Source: Trypanosoma brucei
Lineage: Eukaryota
Length of the DNA stretch: 64,000 nt
Direction of reading: 5' to 3'
Assembly (NCBI GenBank): GCA_000002445.1
Contig: CP000071.1
Coordinates: 64,001 to 128,000 of the forward strand
The notes under the pieces were generated by a model. The model was not told where the DNA came from and made no database searches. It saw only the letters and a program-made list of their open reading frames with translations. Positions within the stretch are counted from its first letter, which is position 1. Each line of letters begins with the position of its first letter. Below, in pieces: positions 38,529-50,000 of this stretch. The position numbers and the translations under genes were made by a program.

Positions 38529-40019
38529 ATGCCTAAAAATTCAATAGCAATAGCTACAGCTCTAATTTTAGCATTCCATCCAAGCATGGCAGCTGATGGT
38601 GACGCTATTGCAGCCGCGCACGCACTGTGCCTAGCGTGGAGCGCAGCGCGTCATGGTAAAATAGTGGAAGATACAGACGTCCAGACGCCAGTTGCTTATA
38701 CCGATCTGATGAACCTGAACACGACTCTGGCGGATGATGCATGGAGAGCGATGTTCGAGACCTCCGAAGGCAAAGAAAGCTGGACGGATTATAAGAAGTT
38801 GCGCGACACCGACCTCAAAACGATCGACTGGGGTGACCGGTGGGATGAATGGAAGACAGCACACACCGAAACAAAGGACCCACAACACGCGTGACACAAG
38901 AAATACGGCACAACACCGACGAAAAAGCCAGGCAACTACAGGCGCCAATATATAAACGCCACTGCGGCGCAGGCACTGCAGCTCTTAGCCTAATATAAGG
39001 CAAAACTGCAAGGCGAGGAAAAGGGTCTAGCCGAAGAAATAAACGACCTTTTGGACCAAGCCATTTGCTCGTCACCACTAGCGAAACAACCAACGGAGCC
39101 AACATGCAACGATGTGCCAGGCGGTGCGGTAAAAAGCACGACTTGTACAGCGGCCAACGCAGGCAAGTCAATAGCCCACGACATTGTTTGTCTGTGCGCA
39201 GTACAGGACGACACAGATAGCTGCGCCACGACAAACATTCAAGCGAACATGATAAGCACAACAAACTTTCACGCCAACGCCCTCAAAACAGCAACGGAAC
39301 TATGCGGGATCAACAAAAAGTCAGAAGACCTTGCAGACGCGATAACAGAAGCGATAGCAGCGCTAGCAGGACAGATCTCTAACGTGGCAACAGGCGAGCA
39401 TAAACCAATCCTTGGAAAAATGCACAACGGCAACGCATGTACCGGGACTGACACGGCTTGTGTTGACTACACAAACAAATTTACACAAGGAGAAAAGGGA
39501 CTAACTGCTATTCCTTGGATATCCGCCCTTATCAAGGCGAGAAGCAAATACAGACAGTACGAGCAGCAGATGGCACAGAAAGCCACAACAGAGGCCCAAA
39601 TAAAACAGCTATTAAGGGAAGCACTTAAAGAGTACAACAGACCTGACGCAGCCCAGCAGCCTCTGAGCGTACAAAAACCATTAAAAAACCTAGAACCCGA
39701 GGATCTAACAGAAAAACAAAAGAAAGAATGCGAAGACATAACAAAATCTCAAGAGTGCAAAAGCAATGGAAACTGCAAATGGGAAGGACCTGAAGACAAA
39801 GATGGAAAACACTGCAAATTGAATGCCACAGCAGCAGAACAACAAGCAACCCAAGCAGGAACAGGAGGAACCAAAAAAACGTCAGAATACAAAGATAAGC
39901 AACAGAAAGATTGCACTAGAAACTGCAAATGGGAAAATAATGCTTGCAAAGATTATAGTTTTACTGTCAATAAGAAATTTGCTTTGATCGCTGCTGCTTT
40001 TGTGAGTTTTCTATTTTAA
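38529..40019 (+). pseudogene. VSG: VSG pseudogene (B-type-like) with frame preserved and two in-frame stops (TGA 38892-38894, TAA 38991-38993); canonical C-terminus ..DYSFTVNKKFALIAAAFVSFLF
   Basis: The ATG at 38529 starts the signal peptide MPKNSIAIATALILAFHPSMA. ORFs 38400-38894 and 39051-40019 are in the same frame. CTD with CKSNGNCKWEGPEDKDGKHCK and CTRNCKWENNACKDYSF. Exact 16-mer at 40052-40067. Confidence 0.85.
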
Positions 40020-40051
40020 AATTTTAGAAATTTAAGGATTTCTTTTTACCC

Positions 40052-40067
40052 TGATATATTTTAACAC
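40052..40067 (+). promoter_or_regulatory. VSG 3'UTR conserved 16-mer TGATATATTTTAACAC (exact)
   Basis: Exact match read directly, about 35 bp after the VSG stop. Confidence 0.8.
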
Positions 40068-40284
40068 TTTTTGATGAAACGTACAAACTTTTAAAAACTC
40101 GCAAGTTATAAAAATATGAAAATTTTGACAATGTGCGTAATGCTAGCATATAGGTACAAGGTATCAGAGTGATAGGATATAAAAAAATGAATGCTATTAT
40201 AATATGATTTTCCCCGTTTATTTTATAGATACTAGGATCGACTAATGGTTATAATAGTAACTGTAAAGAAAAAATATGCTAATA

Positions 40285-40360
40285 ATTATTTTTGGAAAAG
40301 GGTGTTGTGAGTGTGTATACGCTACTATTTTTATAAAAGCTTTAATGATAATGATTGGAA
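40285..40360. repeat. single degenerate 70-bp repeat unit
   Basis: ggtgttgtgagtgtgtatacgctactatttttataaaagctttaatgataatgattggaag. Confidence 0.65.
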
Positions 40361-41099
40361 GACAAAATAAAATAACTTACTACAATGGAAAGGGTGCAAA
40401 CTGAGTGAGTATAAGTGAGCATGAGTGAGTGAAAGAGGAATAGGAATATTGTCGCAAGAAAGAAAAAATGCAGATAAAGAGAAAGAAATGGAAAAAGCAC
40501 AGTTTAAAAAACAAATATGAATATTGGAATTATAATAACCAAGATGATGGAAGGACAATATTGGAGAGACAGAGTCCATGCTCAGTGAAAATTGAACCTT
40601 TGACGTATCCATAGTGATGGAACGTGCATGATAAAAGTAGATGATTGTTGTAGGTAACGCATCCACCAGCAGAAATCTTAGTATTTCTGAACCAACAACT
40701 ATAACAACTAGCTATTTTCATTCATATAGCAATGCATGGAGTGGAAATGTGAGTTTACTGAATAGCTGAAAGCATTTAGCGAAAAGATCTTTGTGTGGTT
40801 GAAGCTAAATAGAGAAACAATGTATGCGCACTCAAAAAAAACTGCAGACACTAAGCATACAATCATAAACACATCTATCATAACAATATGGAACAATTGA
40901 CAATATGCTTACACAGCGCTACCTTAAATAATAACATTATTGGTTAACCTCAACTCTTTTCATAAGGTTTCTATGATTCTCTTTCAACTCTCTGAAACTT
41001 ACAAGATAAATAAAGTCATATAATTTGATAACTCGAGAACTTTACTATTACCATTGTTATTACATTATTGTGTGTAAGATCAATGTCTCTTCAACATCA

Positions 41100-42006
41100 T
41101 ACAGGGAAAATATAACAAATAATATTACTAAGTATCCAAGAGTCTTTGTGGTTGTAGTTAAAACTCATGCAACTCAAGGATAGTATAGGCTAATATTCAG
41201 TGCGAAACTAAGCAATGTTGAAATTATTGCAGTTGCGATGGGATGTTTGTATAGCCATTTTAAAAGACTTAGATGGGTTATGTAATTTTTGGAGAAACAG
41301 AATGCAAGTGATGAGGATATTGTAATCCATTTGGATGGATATGACGTTACAGTTAGTGACTGAGATAAATATGAAAATGCTGTGGAATATTTTATGCAGA
41401 ATACTGCGGAAAATGAAGAGAAGTTTAGTGAAGATCTTGTGGGGAGATATTACTGATTTTCTAATGTCGGTTACAGAAAAGAGGATAAAAAGTTACCGCA
41501 TTTACTGAAATCACCTCCTAGTGTCAAATCTTATATTAGTGGTGGCGGTTTGATAGCTAAAGTGTGAGAATTTAAAAATTTGAAAAAGCGTCGAAGAGTT
41601 ACTAAAAGAAAGTGATGAGTGGTGACAAGAGCAACGTATTTATAAACCGTTGCTTATTTGACATGCGATTCAAGAAAAGGTTGTTGGACAGAAATTTGTT
41701 TTGGAGGAGGAACGTGATTGTGTAGATTATGAAGAAAGATTCATGTTGATTTCACATAGTGGTGAAAGTCGAGAAGCCCCATTCATTCATTTTACAGGAC
41801 AGACTATTGTTTGGGAGGCGCACGTGAAGTTGATTGTGAAAAGTCTTAGTTGGTATAGAGAATTGGAAGGAAAGAAATTTAGAAGAAAGCAGTTGTGTAA
41901 GATTCAAATATATGTGATCGATGGCAGGAAATTGGATCTTGAATATGCTAATGCTTGTGGTTATGTGTTTAATGATAGGAATTTGTTTAAAGCTAAGAAG
42001 TTGTAA
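41100..42006 (+). pseudogene. member 2 of the same ORF family (possibly ESAG3-related; tentative), with multiple in-frame stops and frameshifts
   Basis: The translation carries stops but aligns with copies 1 and 3 (..YRLIFSAKLSNVEIIAVAMGCLYSHFKRLRWVM*FLEKQNASDEDIVIHLDGYDVTVSD*DKYENAVEYFMQNTAENEEKFSED..). The intact C-terminal ORF 41701-42006 (..DYEERFMLISHSGESREAPFIHFTGQTIVWEAHVKLIVKSLSWYRELEGKKF..) matches 60936-61289. Confidence 0.5.
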
Positions 42007-42152
42007 CGTCATAAAATTAATAGGACATAAACCACATAGGCACAGCAAGGAGGCACAAGAACTCTGAAGTTTACTAACACTGTACACTTCCTAACCAATT
42101 ATGCCAAATCGAAAAAAATGTCAAAGGCTAAGAGGCGAATTAAGAGGCACAA

Positions 42153-43676
42153 ATGCAGCTACAACGACCATTTCTGCTAGTCCTTTTGCTAGTGCCGACA
42201 CAAACGTCAGCCCAAGTAGCGGAAGGCGACAACGCAGCGGTATACAAGCAGCTGTGTAAGTTAATCCGAATCGCAGAGGCGGCAGCAGATATTCCCGTAC
42301 CTCTTTCAGAAGACAAAGCAGACTACGACGCCCTTCACCTACTAAATGCGACCCTCAGCACACCAGAATGGCTAAAGCACTTCGACAAAAAAGGGCCGAC
42401 TAAGGAAAGGCCAACAGCACCGGAAGGCCCACAGGCAAGTGACCAAACTTGGAAGACGCGCTGGGCAAGCTGGCTTGCGGCCGCTACAAAACTAGATGAA
42501 GACGCAACTAAAACAAAGGTTTACAAAGACCTAAAAATTAGCCAACCAACCAAAGCGGAAAAGGAAGCGAGACGCATAGCGATCGCAACAGAATTAGAAG
42601 CCGCTTCCAGAGCTTCCAGCACATTAGCCGAAGCCAAAACCGAATTGGGTGATAACACGAAGCAGAAAGCTCAGGACGCCCTGGAAAAAGCGGCGTTCGG
42701 GAGCAAGGGGAAAACTGCAAGCTCCGCAGCGGCAGCGGACCTCACGAACGCAGGGCCGCCATCGGACGCAAACGACCTCTGCGGCTCACCAGGAACGTCA
42801 ACCGCAGCTGTTTCGCTAACGGGACTAATGATGTGTATTTGTGCAAAAACGGACGCCAGCAGCAAGGAGAAAGCATGCACATCAACCAGCGCGGACAGCA
42901 CAGCAGTAAACGGCAACTTTGCAAATCTAGGGACGTTGATGACAAAGCTAGTAGAAAATTGCCCAGAAAGGGATAAAAGAACACTCACAGGCAGCGAAAT
43001 AAGGCAAGCTCTTAGCGACTTAAAAGCTACCGCGACACGGTCCGACAGTCAAACTGTTTTCGGCAAATTCGTAGCTACCAATTGCCACGGGCACTCGAAC
43101 TCAGGTCAATGCGTCCTGTATAACGGCAATGTAGCCGCCTCAAGAAGCGCTATAGACGGCAGCAAATGGTCGACGGAGCTAACAAAAGCAGCGGCGGCGA
43201 TCGACGCGATAACGAAGCACAACGAGAAGGTAGCGGCAGCGCAGGAAAGAATCCGCCAAGCTAAGGAAGCTGTCATGACAATAATGCAACTGCCCCTGAT
43301 GCCTCATTCAACTCCAGGCATGGCAACAAATAGCAAAACAACACCAGCCGCCACAGACGCAGAGGCCAACCAGAAAAAATGTGACCAACACCACAACAAC
43401 AAAACAGAATGCGAAAAGCTAAAGTGCTCTTATGATGCGAATGCGGCAGATGGTAGAAAATGCAAACCTAAAGAGGGGGAAGGGCAGACAAACCAAGGAG
43501 AAGGAGATGGGGCTTCAGGGGCCACAGCAGCTTCAGCTGGATGTCCAGCACACAAAGATAAAAACACTTGTGAAAATGACAAAACAGGCGACAAGCAAAA
43601 TTGCGCATGGAGAAAGGGAAAAGATAACGAACCTGAACACGAAAAAGAAAAGTGCCGAAATGGTAGTTTTTTGTAA
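42153..43676 (+). CDS. VSG: VSG (B-type-like), 507-aa uninterrupted ORF with signal peptide and full N-terminal domain and CTD; a 1-nt deletion at the extreme C-terminus (CRNGSFL*) puts the GPI-signal peptide INNKFALMTASFASLVAF out of frame, so this is a likely pseudogene in its present form
   Basis: ATG 42153 with MQLQRPFLLVLLLVPTQTSA. CTD (..CENDKTGDKQNCAWRKGKDNEPEHEKEKCRNGSFL) is nearly identical to the CTD of the intact VSG at 61412-62989. That gene reads ..CRNGCFLVNNKFALMTASFASLVAF* (ttttctagtaaat there versus tttttgtaaat here). The downstream hydrophobic tail (43677-43733) is present but shifted. Confidence 0.85.
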   Translation: MQLQRPFLLVLLLVPTQTSAQVAEGDNAAVYKQLCKLIRIAEAAADIPVPLSEDKADYDALHLLNATLSTPEWLKHFDKKGPTKERPTAPEGPQASDQTWKTRWASWLAAATKLDEDATKTKVYKDLKISQPTKAEKEARRIAIATELEAASRASSTLAEAKTELGDNTKQKAQDALEKAAFGSKGKTASSAAAADLTNAGPPSDANDLCGSPGTSTAAVSLTGLMMCICAKTDASSKEKACTSTSADSTAVNGNFANLGTLMTKLVENCPERDKRTLTGSEIRQALSDLKATATRSDSQTVFGKFVATNCHGHSNSGQCVLYNGNVAASRSAIDGSKWSTELTKAAAAIDAITKHNEKVAAAQERIRQAKEAVMTIMQLPLMPHSTPGMATNSKTTPAATDAEANQKKCDQHHNNKTECEKLKCSYDANAADGRKCKPKEGEGQTNQGEGDGASGATAASAGCPAHKDKNTCENDKTGDKQNCAWRKGKDNEPEHEKEKCRNGSFL

Positions 43677-43714
43677 ATAATAAATTTGCTCTGATGACTG
43701 CTAGTTTTGCGAGT

Positions 43715-43986
43715 TTGGTAGCATTTAAGAATTCTAAGGATTTTTGTTAAATTAAATGAAATTTATGAAACTTTGTTATTTTAAAAGAATTTGGTAAAAT
43801 TGATATATTTTGACACTCATTGATGAAAATCGGTGAATTTTTCTAAAAATCAAAAAAATAAAAATTTGGTATGAAAGTAGAATATGGGTGCAAAGTAATA
43901 GGGTTAAAAGGTACAAAAATGAGTGCTATTCTAATTTTGTTTGATATTTTATAAATAATAATGATAATAATAGGAGAGTGTTGTGA
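43715..43986 (+). repeat. 272-bp segment identical to 49697-49968 (VSG 3' end/3'UTR through to the 70-bp repeat edge)
   Basis: Base-by-base comparison at a constant offset of 5982 bp shows no mismatches in the stretches checked. It includes the 16-mer variant TGATATATTTTGACAC (43801-43816 / 49783-49798) and the shared TTTTAA-to-TTTAAG change that removes the terminal stop. Confidence 0.85.
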
Positions 43987-44020
43987 GTGTGCATATACAA
44001 ATATTATAATAAAAGTGGTG
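43950..44020. repeat. single 70-bp repeat unit
   Basis: aataatgataataataggagagtgttgtgagtgtgcatatacaaatattataataaaagtggtg. Confidence 0.8.
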
Positions 44021-44918
44021 GTTATGAAAGAATGGACGGTCCAACGTTTAGTAGTTAAAACAATGGGAAGGCTACAATGAAAGTAATTGTGAAGAAAGAG
44101 ATGGAATTGTAGTATGCTCAGTTTAAAACACAGACATAAGGTTGGGAATCATTATACGCGAGGAGTTGATGAAGGGAAAATTCTGGCAAAGACTTACGTG
44201 CACAGGACAAATGGAGGCGCTAATTTATTCGAAGAAGTGGCGGTATTAAAAATAGGGAAGGTAAGTAAAACACGAAATGAAAGAAGGTAGTATGCGACAA
44301 TACAGAGAAGTCAAAAATTATGCAGCAGGAGGACATTTTGTGGCCGTATTTCATTAAAAAATGGAAATATGCAATGCAGGAGATGATGTTGTGATTGTGA
44401 TTTTTATTATGGTGTCTCAGCCTAATGAGAACCTCCGAGGACAGGGGACGCCATTTTGTAGGGCAGATGTGTGGGTTGTTTGAAGTAGTGAAAGGGCAGG
44501 CTGTTGAAGGCAGAGGGCAGAAAGTGCTATGGAGACCGAGGTCCATCTACCTTCGTTTTTCAGAACGAGTAAATGCTAACATCCAAACCAAATGTGTTAA
44601 ATCTGCGTCGGAGAAAAATGCCAAGCAAGAGCTACAGCTGAATTCGCAAGCTTTCACACATTTAATACGTTTTTATCGGCAACAGTTGGTGTTTTTATAA
44701 CGTTTTTGCATATTTATTTTTTTCAACGACAGCAAACACAGACCGATAAACCGCCGACACTAAATTAGAGGCACCAATAAGCAAGTGTAGTCTCCAACGT
44801 CAGCTTAAACCTTTGTAAAAAGGTAAAAAACCGCAGGCAAAACACTGAAACGCTGCAAAAGCAGCTTGCGAAACGCACAAAACAACCTTATCAGAACTGC
44901 AAACCATTACTAGTAGAC

Positions 44919-46439
44919 ATGCGCGCGACATACACGGCTTGGAAGACCACGGTGCTTCTAGCAATGCTGCAGCACGTGACAACCAGGGTAACGGAGGCCA
45001 CTGGTTTAGACACAGCAGCAACTGCAGCGAGAACACTCTGTGACGAAATACGATATCTTATGGTTCTGGCAAATCGGCTGGAAACTAAGACGAAAGGCGC
45101 CGCCGCTTTCACCGAAACAGAGGGAAAGTTAGCACAAGCACACCGCTTGTTAGCACAGATGAAAGTCGGTAAGCCGGCTGCTGCTGGTCATACGGTCCTG
45201 GCAACAAACGCAGAGGCCAGGGCCAACCAAGCCAGGTCGTCAATTGCAGCAGCAAAAAAAGTCATAGGGCCAGCAGTGAAAGCACTAAGGGCAAGAGCCG
45301 CCATGGCACTAGCGGCCAGCAAAAAACACATGAAGACAATACAAACCGCAGCGCAGGAGACCCACAACGGGGCCGACAGCAACGCGTCGGCACGCTCCAC
45401 AAGCTGCACGGCAGTCCACATACCAACGCTGACGGAAGCAGACAATTGTTCAATTGAAAGCGACGCCAACACACAAGTTAAGGAAAACAACATCGAACTG
45501 AATAAAATAGCAAAGCTCAAACTGGCGCCAGATGACATTTTCGGACCTCAAAAAATCTCATTAGTCGCTCGAGCAAAGGGAACAATGGGGACCATCGACT
45601 GGCCAAGCAGCAGCTCGGGCTGGTGTGCTCAAAAAAGCGGCCCAAAAGCAGGCAGCAAAGTGCTGGGGGTGGAAGCAACACCGCAAGCAACAAGCATAAG
45701 ACTCGCGGAGCAGCAAATGTTCGACGATCCCACGGCGCAAACCAAATGCAAGGAACCAAAGCTCAACACACCCTGGGCAACAACGACCAAATAATATCTC
45801 CTTCACGTAACCTGCCATGCCCTAAAGCACATCGTCACTGTGCCGAACTCAGTTGCTGCTGAAACCATCTAAACGCTTGCAACGGATGAAACAGCCGCCG
45901 GGTTAGCGCACATCGCCCTCGGGAAAGACCCCAAAAAGATGCCAACAGAAGCAGCAGCAAAAAAAAAGGCAGTAGAAGAGGCATTTTCAGATCGTGAAGA
46001 AGGGTTCGAGAAGAACTTTGTAGCGGACGCCCAGACAAAAATACGCAAGATCACTGTAGGGGACAACGTTGTTACTGGCACACTAGTGGATATTGTTCAG
46101 GGAAAATCTATAGGAAAGATAACCTCTTATCTAGCAGCGCAGATCAACCAACAAAGCGCCAAGGACCAGGGCGAAAACAAACAAACCACAGATACACAAG
46201 CAAAAACAAACGCAGGAGATGTACCTGCCGACAAAACTGTGGAGAAAACAACAGGAGTAAATTGCTCTAGCCATACAACCAAGGAGGCGTGCGAGGCCGT
46301 CAACAAGGATGGCAAAAAGCATTGTGGATGAAGAAGTGGGAAATATAACGAGGATGAAAAGGACAAAGTCGAATGTCGTGACTCCATTTTTCTTGTAAAT
46401 CAGCAAATTAGCTCTGATGGCTGCTTCTTTTTTGAGTTT
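44919..46439 (+). pseudogene. VSG: VSG pseudogene with frame preserved and three in-frame stops (TAA 45792-45794, TAA 45870-45872, TGG-to-TGA at 46329-46331); degenerate tail ..DSIFLVNQQISSDGCFFFEFSSISA
   Basis: ORFs 44919-45794 and 45939-46331 are in the same frame. Reading through the stops gives a continuous VSG-like product, including HCG*RSGKYNEDEKDKVECRDSIFLVN. Degenerate 16-mer at about 46524-46539. Confidence 0.8.
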
Positions 46440-46714
46440 AGTAGCATTTCAGCATAACAAGGACTTCGTTGAAATTTACGATATTTATGAAAATTTAATA
46501 TTTCAAAAAATTTTCCTAAAATTTGATATATTTGAGCACTCTTTTAAAAACATTGCTAATTGTGCGAATCTGAAATTTTAGTAAAGTGCGCATGATAGTG
46601 AAATATGGGTGTATAATAGTATAGTAATAGAGTATGAAAGATGGGTGCTATTCTAATTATCCTGCTAATTTAGTTAAATTTATTGATATTAGTGGTAATA
46701 TAAGTCTATAATAG

Positions 46715-46780
46715 TAAGAATAAAATTATTGATAATGATAGAAAATTGTTGTAACTTGGTATGTACTAATAATACGGTAA
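46715..46780. repeat. single highly degenerate 70-bp repeat unit
   Basis: attgataatgatagaaaattgttgtaacttggtatgtactaataatacgg. Confidence 0.5.
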
Positions 46781-48156
46781 AATCAGATGTGGAAATTAAA
46801 TTTATGGCGAAAATAGAAGTAGTTAAAGCAATAATGAGTGCGTAATGCAACTAACCTCACGTCCTCTGCGCTTTCGAAGACTTTGGGGCAAACCGGCTGT
46901 GACGTTAGTTGCAATACTGGTACTCACAAAAGTGCTAACTTGGAAGATATTCGGCTCTGATATGACATCTAAGTGTATGAATCTAAAGCTTTTTATCATG
47001 AACAGACTAGAGAAAGGATAGAAAAGAATGAGTCTATTGGTTTATTTGGTGTAAATTAACAGGACCATGTGCTTTATCTTTGTCAAAAGAGTAAAGCACT
47101 GAAATACGTTCAAGGATAGAAAAACAAACAGAAGCAAAAAAGTGTTACAGAATCACAGAAAAGTGTAGAAACATTAAGCCTTAGAAGTACATATACTCAG
47201 GAAAATCGGCAAAGTTATTTCATATAGACAAGAATTTCGCTGTTGTCTATAATGATGTCAACAGCAGACTTGAAAGAGATTCCTGAAAGGAAGATATAGC
47301 ATATTAGAAATACCATGGTGTACAAGGGTGTAGCTAAATTTATCTCAACAGGGAGAGTGCATAAGCATCGACAGTTTATAAGTAGAATTTCATCTTCCTT
47401 ATGCCTTTCTATACCGTTAAGTCTAGGTATATCCGATATTGGCGTTATAGGGTGAAGGAAAAAACTGCGTTTAGATTGCAGCTTAAAGTTTTAAAAAACA
47501 TACGAAAATAGAAGCATCCAAATCAAGGCTGCAACATAAAACAGAACGACATAAGACAGAAGTTTAAACAAACTCTGCTTATTGAGTGGAAATTACATAG
47601 AGGATGCCGATCGAGCTAAGAAAAGATATTATAAAACGACGCAGATGCAAAAAATGGATAAAACCCAACAACTGACAACCAAAATAAATTAGCTACAAAG
47701 CGATGCTTAGCGCAGCAATGATTAAGACTTGTAACTGAGCTTGCGGCGAACACTGTTTATCATACAATGCAAAAACACAACTAGAAACTTGTACCAACAT
47801 TCCCACTGGAGATATTCAGACAACGATTCCTTTAGTTCATATGATTACTCGACACAACCCAACATTCTAGGCAAAGAAATCCAACGAGTGCAACACAGAC
47901 ACCTTTAATGTAGAAATGAAAAACTCAATCCAGTCCACAAAAGAATTAAGTCTAAAATGTGTTACAGTATAAGGTTAGACCATCGTAACCTTATAAACAA
48001 AAAAAGACGTAAGACAAACTACATGAAGCGGCCTCGGACTGACTTTCAACGAAATGAGCTTCCCTTTCAAATAATCTACAATCACAATGTAACTTCAAAA
48101 TTCACACTGTTTTCGCCTTCAGAACCGAAGCAATATTGGAATAGACTATAGCAGAT

Positions 48157-49659
48157 ATGCAACAACGAAGAATCAATGATACAACAAAGCCGAAGCCGCC
48201 AACAGTTTCTGTTCGCTGTAACACACTTATCTCAGCGGTCATTGCCGCCCTGCTGGTCATAACAAAAACGGAGGGAACAGCGGGTAACGCTATGTCAAAA
48301 GCGGCAGCGACACGGTTGTGCAAACTCAGTCAAAACTACATAAAAACCACAAAGGGCGCAATAGGAGCAGTCAAACAGTGGGAGAAAAAAATCACCAACC
48401 TCCAGCTCCTCCACTTACGGCTCCAAACCGCCGCCTGCGCCGCACCTATGGCAGAGCAACCTGCATTAAATGTCCTTGTAACGTTTGTCGGCAACAAAAT
48501 CAACTCTTATGTCAATAAACTGACCGCCATGACACAAAAAGCAATACCAGCAGCAGCAGCTTCCATGTATGCAGCGGGACACATCAAACAAACAATAGAC
48601 GTTTTTGCGGCGGCAAAAGCCAGCGACGCGGCGACACGTTTTTGCCTGCACTTAACCGGACCAGATTCAGGAGCAGGACAACTTAACACCTTAATACCAG
48701 AGCGCTCAGAAGAAGTAAATTTTGACGGAACGCAAACAAAACTCGAACCAGAGTTTGACTACGCAAACAGCGATGAAAGCGGCGCGGTGCACACTACACA
48801 GAACACGAACACCCAAAGCTGCCAACTAACCGACGCGGGCAGCAGCAAAGGTTACACAGCAGGCGCGGCGACAGACGGCAACGGCATATCATGGGCAGGC
48901 GGATTATTCAAGGTCTCAACGGGCAGCCCAACAATGACGAGCGTTCACCAAGCAAAAGCAAACAACGCAGGACCAACACCACCAATCGTAGTAATCGCAG
49001 CAAAACACAATGCGGAACTGGCCGCCTGCGAACAGGCTCCAGAGATCGTTGTCGACCACGGCAATTTCGAATCATGGAAAGCTGACGGCGACCTACAACA
49101 ATCAGTAGAAGCAGCTCACCTAGCACAGGCACAAATAACCAAACTACCCGCCGGCACAACCAAAGACGAACTTAGGAAAAAACTCGTAGGAGACACACAA
49201 GCAGAATTCAACAGCAAAATATGGGACAAACTAAAAGAGTACTCGGTCGAGAAAAGCAGCGCCGATGAAATACAAACTAAAACACTAAAAGAGCTTAGCA
49301 CTAAAACAGAGCTAGAAGAAGCACTAGCTCGCTGCCAACAGAAACGCCGCCAAGAGACCACCAAACTAATTGAGGAGGCAAAAATACGGAAACAAATGCC
49401 AAAAGAAAAACAAACCGAAAGGGACGAAACATGCGAAAAGAAAGGAACAGGATATAACTGCAAAGAAGGTTGTAAATGGGATAGCGACGGTGGAAACAAA
49501 AAATGCGTAGTGGATCCTGATTACAAGCCACCACGAGGAGAGGGAGCAAAGAAGATGGGAAGAAAGAAAAGAAATGCTCCGATAATAAAAAAAAGGAAGA
49601 TTGCACTGGAAATCACAAGTGGGAATGTGATGCTTTCAAAGATTCCAGTTTTCTTGTAA
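48157..49659 (+). CDS. VSG: VSG, 500-aa ORF with an unusually long (about 40 aa) N-terminal leader before the hydrophobic signal sequence; frameshift near the C-terminus (about 49590-49600) and degenerate GPI-signal tail, so a likely pseudogene
   Basis: ATG at 48157. Hydrophobic stretch LISAVIAALLVITKTEG. CTD with CEKKGTGYNCKEGCKWDSDGGNKKCV. The expected ..DCTGNHKWECDAFKDSSFLVNKKIF* and (M)TVAFMSLVAF lie in other frames. The 3' flank is duplicated from the 42153 cassette. Confidence 0.8.
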   Translation: MQQRRINDTTKPKPPTVSVRCNTLISAVIAALLVITKTEGTAGNAMSKAAATRLCKLSQNYIKTTKGAIGAVKQWEKKITNLQLLHLRLQTAACAAPMAEQPALNVLVTFVGNKINSYVNKLTAMTQKAIPAAAASMYAAGHIKQTIDVFAAAKASDAATRFCLHLTGPDSGAGQLNTLIPERSEEVNFDGTQTKLEPEFDYANSDESGAVHTTQNTNTQSCQLTDAGSSKGYTAGAATDGNGISWAGGLFKVSTGSPTMTSVHQAKANNAGPTPPIVVIAAKHNAELAACEQAPEIVVDHGNFESWKADGDLQQSVEAAHLAQAQITKLPAGTTKDELRKKLVGDTQAEFNSKIWDKLKEYSVEKSSADEIQTKTLKELSTKTELEEALARCQQKRRQETTKLIEEAKIRKQMPKEKQTERDETCEKKGTGYNCKEGCKWDSDGGNKKCVVDPDYKPPRGEGAKKMGRKKRNAPIIKKRKIALEITSGNVMLSKIPVFL

Positions 49660-49929
49660 ATAAGAAAATTTTTTGATGACCGTTGCTTTTATGAGCTTGG
49701 TAGCATTTAAGAATTCTAAGGATTTTTGTTAAATTAAATGAAATTTATGAAACTTTGTTATTTTAAAAGAATTTGGTAAAATTGATATATTTTGACACTC
49801 ATTGATGAAAATCGGTGAATTTTTCTAAAAATCAAAAAAATAAAAATTTGGTATGAAAGTAGAATATGGGTGCAAAGTAATAGGGTTAAAAGGTACAAAA
49901 ATGAGTGCTATTCTAATTTTGTTTGATAT

Positions 49930-50000
49930 TTTATAAATAATAATGATAATAATAGGAGAGTGTTGTGAATATGTATATACTAATATTATAATGAGTGTCG
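49930..50000. repeat. single 70-bp repeat unit
   Basis: aataatgataataataggagagtgttgtgaatatgtatatactaatattataatgagtg. Confidence 0.8.
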
